64,000 bases of DNA from Anthoceros angustus (lineage: Eukaryota; Plantae; Anthocerotophyta): the NCBI GenBank assembly GCA_010909165.1, contig MU008217.1:1-64000 (forward strand). Direction: 5' to 3'. The translations under genes and the position numbers were made by a program. The notes under the pieces are model-generated. The model had not been told where the DNA came from. It made no database searches and saw only the letters and a program-made list of their open reading frames with translations. Below, one piece after another: positions 22,016 to 36,400 of the stretch. Every line of letters starts with the position of its first letter. The first letter of the stretch is position 1.

Positions 22016-24857
22016 TCTATGTAGTTGCCATATTTCAATCCTATGACGAAGATCCGTCCTTAGTGGACTTGAATAAATTTCTTCTTCTTCATCTTCTTCA
22101 TCTTCTTCTTCATCTTCTTCATTTGTTCTTCTTGTTCTTCTTGTTCTTCTTGTTCTTCTTGTTCTTCTTCCTCTTCATCTTCTTCTTGTTAGGCTTTCCT
22201 AAGGTGCAAGCGGCAATTAGGAGACCCCAATACTTTAGTGTAGATGAGACCATCCAATTTGTACACCTTTGACATAAAGAACTACTCATCATATTATGAT
22301 TTCAAGGATGAGCAATTTTACCGAGCACTTATTGTTTGATAGATGTTCACGAGGTGGAGCGTGGCGAGGATGAGCAATTTTACCGCAATCTATGTAGTTG
22401 CCATATTTCAATCCTATGACGAAGATCCGTCCTTAGTGGACTTGAATAAATTTCTTCTTCATTTGTTCTTCTTCATCTTCTTCATTTGTTCTTCTTCTCT
22501 TCTTCTTCCTCTTCATCTTCTTCATTTGTTCTTCTTGTTCTTCTTCTCTTCTTCTTCTTCTTGTTCTTCTTCTTCATTTGTTCTTCTTGTTCTTCTTCTT
22601 CCTCTTCATCTTCTTCTTCATCTTCTTCTTCTTGTTCTTCTTCTCTTCTTCTTGTTCTTCTTCATTTGTTCTTCTTCATTTGTTCTTCTTCCTCTTCATC
22701 TTCTTCTTGTTCTTCTTGTTAGGCTTTCCTAAGGTGCAAGCGGCAATTAGGAGACCCCAATACTTTAGTGTAGATGAGACCATCCAATTTGTACACCTTT
22801 GACATAAAGAACTACTCATCATATTATGATTTCAAGGATGATTTCAAGGATGATTTCAAGGATGATTTCAAGGATGATTTCAAGGATGATTTCAAGGATG
22901 AGCAATTTTACCGAGCACTTATTGTTTGATAGATGTTCAATTTTATACACCACTTATTGTTTGATAGATGTTCAATTTTACCTTTGCATTCGTCTAGACC
23001 ATTTTACCGAGCACTTATTGTTTGATAGATGTTCAATTTATGGACCACTTATTGTTTGATCGCGAGGAATTCATTATTGCTTGGTCGCGAGGAATTCATT
23101 ATTGCTTGGTCGCGAGGAATTCATTATTGCTTGGATGTTTGTGCTCTATAATGTATTTAAAATTGGTCAATATGGATTATTTTTCACTAGCATAGTAAAT
23201 AAAAATTATTTATGTATGCTATTCTTTGCAACAACAAAGAAACATACAACCATATTACATACATATGGTGACCGCCACCGTGGTCCTTTGCCTTAAGCTT
23301 GATCAAGTCATCCACATTCTTTTATTGAGCTTGATCAAGTCATGCTTATTCTTTTATTGAGCTTGATCAAGTCATGCTTATTCTTTTATTGAGCTTGATC
23401 AAGTCATCAAGACTCAATTTGCCTTCCTTAGCAGCGGTTTCATGCATGTGGTGACCGCCACCGTGGTCCTTTGCCTTAAGCTTGATCAAGTCATCAAGAC
23501 TCAATTTGCCTTCCTTAGCAGCGGTTCCATACATATCGGCCCTTCTTGTTCTTCTTGTTCTTCTTCATCTTCTTCATTTGTTCTTCTTCTCTTCTTCTTC
23601 CTCTTCATCTTCTTCATTTGTTCTTCTTGTTCTTCTTCTCTTCTTCTTCTTGTTCTTCTTCTTCTTCATTTGTTCTTCTTGTTCTTCTTCTTCCTCTTCA
23701 TCTTCTTCTTCATCTTCTTCTTCTTGTTCTTCTTCTCTTCTTCTTGTTCTTCTTCATTTGTTCTTCTTCATTTGTTCTTCTTCTCTTCATCTTCTTCTTG
23801 TTCTTCTTGTTCTTCTTGTTAGGCTTTCCTAAGGTGCAAGCGGCAATTAGGAGACCCCAATACTTTAGTGTAGATGAGACCATCCAATTTGTACACCTTT
23901 GACATAAAGAACTACTCATCATATTATGATTTCAAGGATGATTTCAAGGATGATTTCAAGGATGATTTCAAGGATGATTTCAAGGATGATTTCAAGGATG
24001 AGCAATTTTACCGAGCACTTATTGTTTGATAGATGTTCAATTTTATAGACCACTTATTGTTTGATAGATGTTCAATTTTACCTTTGCATTCGTCTAGACC
24101 ATTTTACCGAGCACTTATTGTTTGATAGATGTTCAATTTTACCTTTGCATTCGTCTAGACCATTTTACCGAGCACTTATTGTTTGATAGATGTTCAATTT
24201 TACCGAGCACTTATTGTTTGATAGATGTTCAATTTTACCTTTGCATTCGTCTAGACCATTTTACCGACCACTTATTGTTTGATAGATGTTCAATTTTACC
24301 GCAATCTATGTAGTTGCCATATTTCAATCCTATGACGAAGATCCGTCCTTAGTGGACTTGAATAAATTTCTTCTTCATTTGTTCTTCTTGTTCTTCTTCA
24401 TTTGTTCTTCTTGTTCTTCTTGTTCTTCTTCATCTTCTTCTCTTCTTCTTGTTTCCACCTTTAAATTTGCATACTAAATTGTGCTAACATGAAGTCTTGC
24501 GATATGCAATCTCGCATCACTTGACCATGGTACACATCTAGCTCCGCATCCAAGACCTCTGCACTTTTGACTATGGCGGAGGTCGTTGGCTACCTCCTCT
24601 TCCTATAACATGTGCCGCCACACTCCCATTTGGGGTCGTTGGCTACCTCCTCTTCCTATAACATGTGCCGCCACACTCCCATTTGGGGTCGTTGGTTTGC
24701 CATCAAGATCAAACAACAAAGAAACATACAACCATATTACATACATATCGGCCCTTCTTGTTCTTCTTCCTCTTCATCTTCTTCTCTTCTTCTCTTCTTC
24801 TTCATTTGTTCTTCTTCATTTGTTCTTCTTCCTCTTCATCTTCTTCTTGTTCTTCTT

Positions 24858-25015
24858 CTTCCTCTTCCTATAACATGTGCCGCCACACTCCCATTTGGGG
24901 TCGTTGGCTACCTCCTCTTCCTATAACATGTGCCGCCACACTCCCATTTGGGGTCGTTGGCTACCTCCTCTTCCTATAACATGTGCCGCCACACTCCCAT
25001 TTGGGGTCGTTGGTT
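24858..25015 (+). repeat. 53-bp tandem repeat (GGCTACCTCCTCTTCCTATAACATGTGCCGCCACACTCCCATTTGGGGTCGTT)
   Basis: ORF starts spaced 53 nt apart (24612/24665; 28465/28518). Runs also at ~24590-24700 and ~28450-28600. Confidence 0.93.
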
Positions 25016-27224
25016 TGCCATCAAGATCAAACAACAAAAATTAAGGCATAATAAAGCAAAAAAAGAATAAAACATAAAACAAAACCTTGGAGGTTAAGTA
25101 GGGTGCGATTCGTCTTGCTACACCACTTATTGTTTGATAGATGTTCAATTTTACCTTTGCATTCGTCTAGACCATTTTACCGAGCACTTATTGTTTGATA
25201 GATGTTCAATTTTACCTTTGCATTCGTCCGCATTGGATGACGAGCACCGCCACGCCTTGCTTTCTTTTATTGAGCTTGATCAAGTCATCAAGACTCAATT
25301 TGCCTTCCTTAGCAGCAGCGGTTCCATACATATGGTGACCGCCACCGTGGTCCTTTGCCTTAAGCTTGATCAAGTCATGCTTATTCTTTTTATTGAGCTT
25401 GATCAAGTCATCAAGACTCAATTTGCCTTCCTTAGCAGCAGCGGTTTCATGCATGTGGTGACCGCCGCCGTGGCCCTTTGCCTTAAGCTTGATCAAGTCA
25501 TCCACATTCTTTTTATTGAGCTTGATCAAGTCATCAAGACTTAGATGACCACAACGTTGTCTTAGGTCCTCGAGCAACTCATAATTATTGCTTGGTCGCG
25601 AGGAATTCATTATTGCTTGGATGTTTGTGCTCTATAATGTATTTAAAATTGGTCAATATGGATTATTTTTGTGAAAATATATTCAACCGTGGTGGTTGCT
25701 CTCAATATCCTAGGCAAATCAATTGTTAACCGTTGCAAGGATGAGCAATTTTACCGACCACTTATTGTTTGATAGATGTTCAATTTTACCGACCACTTAT
25801 TGTTTGATAGATGTTCAATTTTATAGACCACTTATTGTTTGATAGATGTTCAATTTATGGACCACTTATTGTTTGATAGATGTTCAATTTTATAGACCAC
25901 TTATTGTTTGATAGATGTTCAATTTTACCGACCACTTATTGTTTGATAGATGTTCAATTTTACCGAGCACTTATTGTTTGATAGATGTTCAATTTTATAG
26001 ACCACTTATTGTTTGATAGATGTTCAATTTTACCGAGCACTTATTGTTTGATAGATGTTCAATTTTATACACCACTTATTGTTTGATAGATGTTCAATTT
26101 ATGGACCACTTATTGTTTGATAGATGTTCAATTTTATACACCACTTATTGTTTGATAGATGTTCAATTTTATAGATGACCACAACGTTGTCTTAGGTCCT
26201 CGAGCAACTCAACCAACCACTTAGATGATGGCTCCTTTATAGATGACCTTGAATACTAGATACTATACAGGATATTTGATATTTCCTTTCTAGCATCTTC
26301 AAATTGTTTTCTTGTGATAGGTACTATAAATGGATATTTGATATTTCCTTTATGGCACGTTCAAGTTGTTTTCTTGTAATACATACTATTAATGGATATA
26401 TGATATTTCCTTTCTAGCATCTTCAAATTGTTTTCTTGTGGTAGCGATATTATATTTATATTTGGTATTTTCTTTTGTGGTATCTTTTGAATTTCTTCTT
26501 CATTTGTTCTTCTTCTTGTTTCCACCTTTAAATTTGCATACTAAATTGTGCAACTTAATAATTAAGTCTCCTCACTTGCCTTCTTAATGTACAACATGTC
26601 AATTGGAGAACTAAACTACACCAAATGTAAAATTGAAGTTCAAAACCGCCCAATCATATATCGACAAGCTAGGCACAAGTAACACTAAATATGCACAAGT
26701 TCCACTAAGTACTTAAGCATCTAACTGCACACCAAAGTGTGTAGTTACAAACCTTGGAGGTTAAGTAGGGTGCGATTCGTCCGCATTGGATGACGAGCAC
26801 CGCCACGCCTTGCTTTCTTTCATGGGGATGAATTTGTGGTGTTTAGCCCTCGTTCATGCATTTCATTAACATTATTGATTGATTGATTGAAGATTATTTG
26901 TCTTGTTTGAATTTTACCGAGCACTTATTGTTTGATAGATGTTCAATTTATGGACCACTTATTGTTTGATAGATGTTCAATTTTATGTTGAAGCTCACGA
27001 TGGCCTCCCAAAACTGCTTCTTACTAAGGGCTGTCCATGGCATTCAAAACCTTCATCAAAAGGAGCCATTCGTATATCTAGTTTCATGCATGTGGTGACC
27101 GCCACCGTGGTCCTTTGCCTTAAGCTTGATCAAGTCATCAAGACTCAATTTGCCTTCCTTAGCAGCGGTTTCATGCATGTGGTGACCGCCACCGTGGTCC
27201 TTTGCCTTAAGCTTGATCAAGTCA

Positions 27225-27450
27225 TCCACATTCTTTTATTGAGCTTGATCAAGTCATCCACATTCTTTTATTGAGCTTGATCAAGTCATCCACATTCTTT
27301 TATTGAGCTTGATCAAGTCATCCACATTCTTTTATTGAGCTTGATCAAGTCATCCACATTCTTTTATTGAGCTTGATCAAGTCATCCACATTCTTTTATT
27401 GAGCTTGATCAAGTCATCCACATTCTTTTATTGAGCTTGATCAAGTCATC
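27225..27450 (+). repeat. 32-bp tandem repeat (TTTTATTGAGCTTGATCAAGTCAT + CCACATTC or GCTTATTC)
   Basis: Period 32 (27241, 27273...). Similar runs at ~11755-11965, 47100-47285 and 49270-49440. Confidence 0.95.
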
Positions 27451-30400
27451 AAGACTCAATTTGCCTTCCTTAGCAGCGGTTTCATGCATGTGGTGACCGC
27501 CACCGTGGTCCTTTGCCTTAAGCTTGATCAAGTCATCAAGACTCAATTTGCCTTCCTTAGCAGCGGTTTCATGCATGTGGTGACCGCCACCGTGGTCCTT
27601 TGCCTTAAGCTTGATCAAGTCATCCACATTCTTTTATTGAGCTTGATCAAGTCATCAAGACTTAGATGACCACAACGTTGTCTTAGGTCCTCGAGCAACT
27701 CATAATTATTGCTTGGTCGCGAGGAATTCATTATTGCTTGGTCGCGAGGAATTCATTATTGCTTGGTCGCGAGGAATTCATTATTGCTTGGTCGCGAGGA
27801 ATTCATTATTGCTTGGTCGCGAGGAATTCATTATTGCTTGGTCGCGAGGAATTCATTATTGCTTGGATGTTTGTGCTCTATAATGTATTTAAAATTGGTC
27901 AATATGGATTATTTTTCACTAGCATAGTAAATAAAAATTATTTATGTATGCTATTCTTTGCAACAACAAAATCCAAATGTAAAATTGAAGTTCAAAACCG
28001 CCCAATCATATATCGACAAGCTAGGGCACAAGTAACACTAAATATGCACAAGTTCCACTAAGTACTTAAGCATCTAACTTTGTGGTATCTTTGAATTTTA
28101 CCGAGCACTTATTGTTTGATAGATGTTCAATTTTACGAGCACTTATTGTTTGATAGATGTTCACGAGGTGGAGCGTGGCGAGGATGAGCAACAACAAACC
28201 ACTTCTTGTTCTTCTTCATCTTCTTCTTCATTTGTTCTTCTTGTTCTTCTTCCTCTTCATCTTCTTCTTGTTCTTCTTCCTCTTCATCTTCTTCATTTGT
28301 TCTTCTTCTTGTTCTTCTTCATTTGTTCTTCTTCCTCTTCATCTTCTTCTTCTTCTTCTTCTTCTTCCTCTTCATCTTCTTCATCTTCTTCATTTGTTCT
28401 TCTTCATTTGTTCTTCTTCCTCTTCATCTTCTTCTTGTTCTTCTTCTTCCTCTTCCTATAACATGTGCCGCCACACTCCCATTTGGGGTCGTTGGCTACC
28501 TCCTCTTCCTATAACATGTGCCGCCACACTCCCATTTGGGGTCGTTGGCTACCTCCTCTTCCTATAACATGTGCCGCCACACTCCCATTTGGGGTCGTTG
28601 GTTTGCCGCTTGTATTATCATTCGCATATCAATTGCCTCAATGGTCATTGGTTTGCCATCAAGATCAAACAACAAACCACTTCTTGTTTCCACCTTTAAA
28701 ATTTGCATACTAAATTGTGCTAACATGAAGTCTTGCGATATGCAATCTCGCATCACTTGACCATGGTACACATCTAGCTCCGCATCCAAGACCTCTGCAC
28801 TTTTGACTATGGCGGAGGTCGTTGGCTACCTCCTCTTCCTATAACATGTGCCGCCACACTCCCATTTGGGGTCGTTGGTTTGCCATCAAGATCAAACAAC
28901 AAACCACTTCTTGTTCTTCTTCATCTTCTTCTTGTTCTTCTTCATCTTCTTCTTGTTTCCACCTTTAAAATTTGCATACTAAATTGTGCTAACATGAAGT
29001 CTTGCGATATGCAATCTCGCATCACTTGACCATGGTACACATCTAGCTCCGCATCCAAGACCTCTGCACTTTTGACTATGGCGGAGGTCGTTGGTTTGCC
29101 ATCAAGATCAAACAACAAAGAAACATACAACCATATTACATACATATGGTGACCGCCACCGTGGTCCTTTGCCTTAAGCTTGATCAAGTCATCAAGACTC
29201 AATTTGCCTTCCTTAGCAGCGGTTTCATGCATGTGGTGACCGCCACCGTGGTCCTTTGCCTTAAGCTTGATCAAGTCATCCACATTCTTTTATTGAGCTT
29301 GATCAAGTCATCAAGACTTAGATGACCACAACGTTGTCTTAGGTCCTCGAGCAACTCATAATTATTGCTTGGTCGCGAGGAATTCATTATTGCTTGGTCG
29401 CGAGGAATTCATTATTGCTTGGTCGCGAGGAATTCATTATTGCTTGGTCGCGAGGAATTCATTATTGCTTGGTCGCGAGGAATTCATTATTGCTTGGTCG
29501 CGAGGAATTCATTATTGCTTGGATGTTTGTGCTCTATAATGTATTTAAAATTGGTCAATATGGATTATTTTTGTGAAAATATATTCAACCGTGGTGGTTG
29601 CTCTCAATATCCTAGGCAAATCAATTGTTAACCGTTGCAAGGATGAGCAATTTTACCGAGCACTTATTGTTTGATAGATGTTCTAATTGTTTTCTTGTAA
29701 TACATACTATTAATGGATATTTGATATTTCCTTTATGGCACGTTCAAGTTGTTTTCTTGTAATACATACTATTAATGGATATTTGATATTTCCTTTATGG
29801 CACGTTCAAGTTGTTTTCTTGTAATACATACTATTAATGGATATTTGATATTTCCTTTCCAGATGTTCTAATTGTTTTCTTGTGATAGGTACTATAAATG
29901 GATATTTGATATTTCCTTTCCAGATGTTCTAATTGTTTTCTTGTTCTTCTTCTTCCTCTTCATCTTCTTCATCTTCTTCTCTTCATCTTCTTCATTTGTT
30001 CTTCTTGTTCTTCTTCATTTGTTCTTCTTCATTTGTTCTTCTTCATTTGTTCTTCTTCTTACAGTTATTAATTGTATTTAGAAAACTATGAAACTTCTTC
30101 ATCTTCTTCATCTTCTTCATCTTCTTCATCTTCTTCATCTTCTTCTTGTTCTTCTTCCTCTTCCTATAACATGTGCCGCCACACTCCCATTTGGGGTCGT
30201 TGGTTTGCCATCAAGATCAAACAACAAACCACTTCTTGTTTCCACCTTTAAAATTTGCATACTAAATTGTGCTAACATGAAGTCTTGCGATATGCAATCT
30301 CGCATCACTTGACCATGGTACACATCTAGCTCCGCATCCAAGACCTCTGCACTTTTGACTATGGCGGAGGTCGTTGGTTTGCCGCTTGTATTATCATTCG

Positions 30401-33400
30401 CATATCAATTGCCTCAATGGTCATTGGTTTGCCGCTTGTATTATCATTCGCATATCAATTGCCTCAATGGTCATTGGTTTGCCGCTTGTATTATCATTCG
30501 CATATCAATTGCCTCAATGGTCATTGGTTTGCCATCAAGATCAAACAACAAACCACTTCTTGTTTCCACCTTTAAAATTTGCATACTAAATTGTGCTAAC
30601 ATGAAGTCTTGCGATATGCAATCTCGCATCACTTGACCATGGTACACATCTAGCTCCGCATCCAAGACCTCTGCACTTTTGACTATGGCGGAGGTCGTTG
30701 GCTACCTCCTCTTCCTATAACATGTGCCGCCACACTCCCATTTGGGGGTCGTTGGTTTGCCATCAAGATCAAACAACAAACCACTTCTTGTTCTTCTTGT
30801 TAGGCTTTCCTAAGGTGCAAGCGGCAATTAGGAGACCCCAATACTTTAGTGTAGATGAGACCATCCAATTTGTACACCTTTGACATAAAGAACTACTCAT
30901 CATATTATGATTTCAAGGATGAGCAACAACAAACCACTTCTTGTTCTTCTTCTTCTCTTCTTCTTCTCTTCTTCTTGTTAGGCTTTCCTAAGGTGCAAGC
31001 GGCAATTAGGAGACCCCAATACTTTAGTGTAGATGAGACCATCCAATTTGTACACCTTTGACATAAAGAACTACTCATCATATTATGATTTCAAGGATGA
31101 GCAACAACAAACCACTTCTTGTTAGGCTTTCCTAAGGTGCAAGCGGCAATTAGGAGACCCCAATACTTTAGTGTAGATGAGACCATCCAATTTGTACACC
31201 TTTGACATAAAGAACTACTCATCATATTATGATTTCAAGGATGATTTCAAGGATGAGCAATTTTACCGAGCACTTATTGTTTGATAGATGTTCAATTTTA
31301 CCGACCACTTATTGTTTGATAGATGTTCACGAGGTGGAGCGTGGCGAGGATGAGCAATTTTACCGAGCACTTATTGTTTGATAGATGTTCACGAGGTGGA
31401 GCGTGGCGAGGATGAGCAACTTAACAAACCACTTCTTGTTAGGCTTTCCTAAGGTGCAAGCGGCAATTAGGAGACCCCAATACTTTAGTGTAGATGAGAC
31501 CATCCAATTTGTACACCTTTGACATAAAGAACTACTCATCATATTATGATTTCAAGGATGAGCAATTTTACGAGCACTTATTGTTTGATAGATGTTCAAT
31601 TTTACCGAGCACTTATTGTTTGATAGATGTTCAATTTTACCGACCACTTATTGTTTGATAGATGTTCAATTTTACCGAGCACTTATTGTTTGATAGATGT
31701 TCACGAGGTGGAGCGTGGCGAGGATGAGCAACTTAACAAACCACTTCTTGTTCTTCTTCATTTGTTCTTCTTGTTAGGCTTTCCTAAGGTGCAAGCGGCA
31801 ATTAGGAGACCCCAATACTTTAGTGTAGATGAGACCATCCAATTTGTACACCTTTGACATAAAGAACTACTCATCATATTATGATTTCAAGGATGATTTC
31901 AAGGATGATTTCAAGGATGAGCAACTTAACAAACCACTTCTTGTTCTTCTTCTTGTTAGGCTTTCCTAAGGTGCAAGCGGCAATTAGGAGACCCCAATAC
32001 TTTAGTGTAGATGAGACCATCCAATTTGTACACCTTTGACATAAAGAACTACTCATCATATTATGATTTCAAGGATGATTTCAAGGATGATTTCAAGGAT
32101 GATTTCAAGGATGAGCAACAACAAACCACTTCTTGTTCTTCTTGTTCTTCTTGTTAGGCTTTCCTAAGGTGCAAGCGGCAATTAGGAGACCCCAATACTT
32201 TAGTGTAGATGAGACCATCCAATTTGTACACCTTTGACATAAAGAACTACTCATCATATTATGATTTCAAGGATGAGCAATTTTACCGAGCACTTATTGT
32301 TTGATAGATGTTCACGAGGTGGAGCGTGGCGAGGATGAGCAATTTTACGAGCACTTATTGTTTGATAGATGTTCAATTTTACCGACCACTTATTGTTTGA
32401 TAGATGTTCACGAGGTGGAGCGTGGCGAGGATGAGCAATTTTACCTTTGCATTCGTCTAGACCATTTTACCGAGCACTTATTGTTTGATAGATGTTCAAT
32501 TTTACCTTTGCATTCGTCTAGACCATTTTACCGACCACTTATTGTTTGATAGATGTTCACGAGGTGGAGCGTGGCGAGGATGAGCAATTTTACCGAGCAC
32601 TTATTGTTTGATAGATGTTCAATTTTATGGACCACTTATTGTTTGATAGATGTTCACGAGGTGGAGCGTGGCGAGGATGAGCAACAACAAACCACTTCTT
32701 GTTCTTCTTCATCTTCTTCATCTTCTTCATCTTCTTCTTCCTCTTCATCTTCTTCATCTTCTTCTTCATCTTCTTCATTTGTTCTTCTTCTTCTTGTTAG
32801 GCTTTCCTAAGGTGCAAGCGGCAATTAGGAGACCCCAATACTTTAGTGTAGATGAGACCATCCAATTTGTACACCTTTGACATAAAGAACTACTCATCAT
32901 ATTATGATTTCAAGGATGATTTCAAGGATGATTTCAAGGATGATTTCAAGGATGATTTCAAGGATGATTTCAAGGATGATTTCAAGGATGAGCAACTTAA
33001 CAAAACCACTTCTTGTTAGGCTTTCCTAAGGTGCAAGCGGCAATTAGGAGACCCCAATACTTTAGTGTAGATGAGACCATCCAATTTGTACACCTTTGAC
33101 ATAAAGAACTACTCATCATATTATGATTTCAAGGATGATTTCAAGGATGATTTCAAGGATGATTTCAAGGATGATTTCAAGGATGATTTCAAGGATGAGC
33201 AATTTTACCGACCACTTATTGTTTGATAGATGTTCAATTTATGGACCACTTATTGTTTGATAGATGTTCAATTTTATAGACCACTTATTGTTTGATAGAT
33301 GTTCAATTTTATACACCACTTATTGTTTGATAGATGTTCAATTTTACCTTTGCATTCGTCTAGACCATTTTACCGACCACTTATTGTTTGATAGATGTTC

Positions 33401-36400
33401 AATTTTACCTTTGCATTCGTCTAGACCATTTTACCGAGCACTTATTGTTTGATAGATGTTCAATTTTACCTTTGCATTCGTCTAGACCATTTTACCGAGC
33501 ACTTATTGTTTGATAGATGTTCAATTTTACCGAGCACTTATTGTTTGATAGATGTTCAATTTTACCTTTGCATTCGTCTAGACCATTTTACCGACCACTT
33601 ATTGTTTGATAGATGTTCTAATTGTTTTCTTGTAATACATACTATTAATGGATATATGATATTTCCTTTATGGCACGTTCAAGTTGTTTTCTTGTGATAG
33701 GTACTATAAATGGATATTTGATATTTCCTTTCTAGCATCTTCTTCTTGTTAGGCTTTCCTAAGGTGCAAGCGGCAATTAGGAGACCCCAATACTTTAGTG
33801 TAGATGAGACCATCCAATTTGTACACCTTTGACATAAAGAACTACTCATCATATTATGATTTCAAGGATGATTTCAAGGATGATTTCAAGGATGATTTCA
33901 AGGATGATTTCAAGGATGAGCAACTTAACAAAACCACTTCTTGTTAGGCTTTCCTAAGGTGCAAGCGGCAATTAGGAGACCCCAATACTTTAGTGTAGAT
34001 GAGACCATCCAATTTGTACACCTTTGACATAAAGAACTACTCATCATATTATGATTTCAAGGATGATTTCAAGGATGAGCAACTTAACAAAACCACTTCT
34101 TGTTCTTCTTCTTCTTCTTCTTGTTAGGCTTTCCTAAGGTGCAAGCGGCAATTAGGAGACCCCAATACTTTAGTGTAGATGAGACCATCCAATTTGTACA
34201 CCTTTGACATAAAGAACTACTCATCATATTATGATTTCAAGGATGAGCAATTTTACCTTTGCATTCGTCTAGACCATTTTACCGAGCACTTATTGTTTGA
34301 TAGATGTTCAATTTTACCGAGCACTTATTGTTTGATAGATGTTCAATTTTACCTTTGCATTCGTCTAGACCATTTTACCGAGCACTTATTGTTTGATAGA
34401 TGTTCAATTTTATAGACCACTTATTGTTTGATAGATGTTCAATTTATGGACCACTTATTGTTTGATAGATGTTCAATTTTACCGACCACTTATTGTTTGA
34501 TAGATGTTCAATTTATGGACCACTTATTGTTTGATAGATGTTCAATTTTATAGACCACTTATTGTTTGATAGATGTTCAATTTTACCGACCACTTATTGT
34601 TTGATAGATGTTCAATTTTACCGACCACTTATTGTTTGATAGATGTTCTAATTGTTTTCTTGTGATAGGTACTATAAATGGATATATGATATTTCCTTTA
34701 TGGCACGTTCAAGTTGTTTTCTTGTGAATACATAAGCATTGGGATTCTCATCTTATCTCCATTTTCAAATTTCATGGCCAAACGGAAAAAACATTACTAC
34801 AATAATATAAATTAAACCACTAGCACAACAAAATGGCATGGTTGTGCAACTTAATAATTAAGTCTCCTCACTTGCCTTCTTAATGTACAACATGTCAATT
34901 GGAGAACTAAACTACACCAAATCTTTATCAAGGTGCCCAATATTGCAAGGATGAGCAACTTAATAATTAAGTCTCCTCACTTGCCTTCTTAATGTACAAC
35001 ATGTCAATTGGAGAACTAAACTACACCAAATCTTTATCAAGGTGCCCAATATTGCAAGGTGCAAGCGGCAATTAGGAGACCCCAATACTTTAGTGTAGAT
35101 GAGACCATCCAATTTGTACACCTTTGACATAAAGAACTACTCATCATATTATGATTTCAAGGATGAGCAACTTAACAAAACCACTTCTTGTTTGATAGAT
35201 GTTCAATTTTACCACTTATTGTTTGATAGATGTTCAATTTTACCGAGCACTTATTGTTTGATAGATGTTCAATTTCTTTCATGGGGATGAATTTGTGGTG
35301 TTTAGCCCTCGTTCATGCATGTGGTGACCGCCACCGTGGTCCTTTGCCTTAAGCTTGATCAAGTCATGCTTATTCTTTTATTGAGCTTGATCAAGTCATG
35401 CTTATTCTTTTATTGAGCTTGATCAAGTCATCAAGACTCAATTTGCCTTCCTTAGCAGCGGTTCCATACATATGGTGACCGCCACCGTGGTCCTTTGCCT
35501 TAAGCTTGATCAAGTCATCAAGACTCAATTTGCCTTCCTTAGCAGCGGTTCCATACATATGGTGACCGCCACCGTGGTCCTTTGCCTTAAGCTTGATCAA
35601 GTCATGCTTATTCTTTTATTGAGCTTGATCAAGTCATCCACATTCTTTTATTGAGCTTGATCAAGTCATCAAGACTCAATTTGCCTTCCTTAGCAGCGGT
35701 TTCATGCATGTGGTGACCGCCACCGTGGTCCTTTGCCTTAAGCTTGATCAAGTCATCCACATTCTTTTATTGAGCTTGATCAAGTCATCCACATTCTTTT
35801 ATTGAGCTTGATCAAGTCATGCTTATTCTTTTATTGAGCTTGATCAAGTCATCCACATTCTTTTATTGAGCTTGATCAAGTCATCAAGACTCAATTTGCC
35901 TTCCTTAGCAGCGGTTTCATGCATGTGGTGACCGCCACCGTGGTCCTTTGCCTTAAGCTTGATCAAGTCATGCTTATTCTTTTATTGAGCTTGATCAAGT
36001 CATCAAGACTCAATTTGCCTTCCTTAGCAGCGGTTCCATACATATGGTGACCGCCACCGTGGTCCTTTGCCTTAAGCTTGATCAAGTCATGCTTATTCTT
36101 TTATTGAGCTTGATCAAGTCATCAAGACTCAATTTGCCTTCCTTAGCAGCGGTTTCATGCATGTGGTGACCGCCACCGTGGTCCTTTGCCTTCCTTAGCA
36201 GCGGTTCCATACATATGGTGACCGCCACCGTGGTCCTTTGCCTTAAGCTTGATCAAGTCATCAAGACTCAATTTGCCTTCCTTAGCAGCGGTTTCATGCA
36301 TTTCATTAACATTATTGATTGAAGATTATTTGTCTTGTTTGAATTTTACCGAGCACTTATTGTTTGATAGATGTTCAATTTTACCGAGCACTTATTGTTT

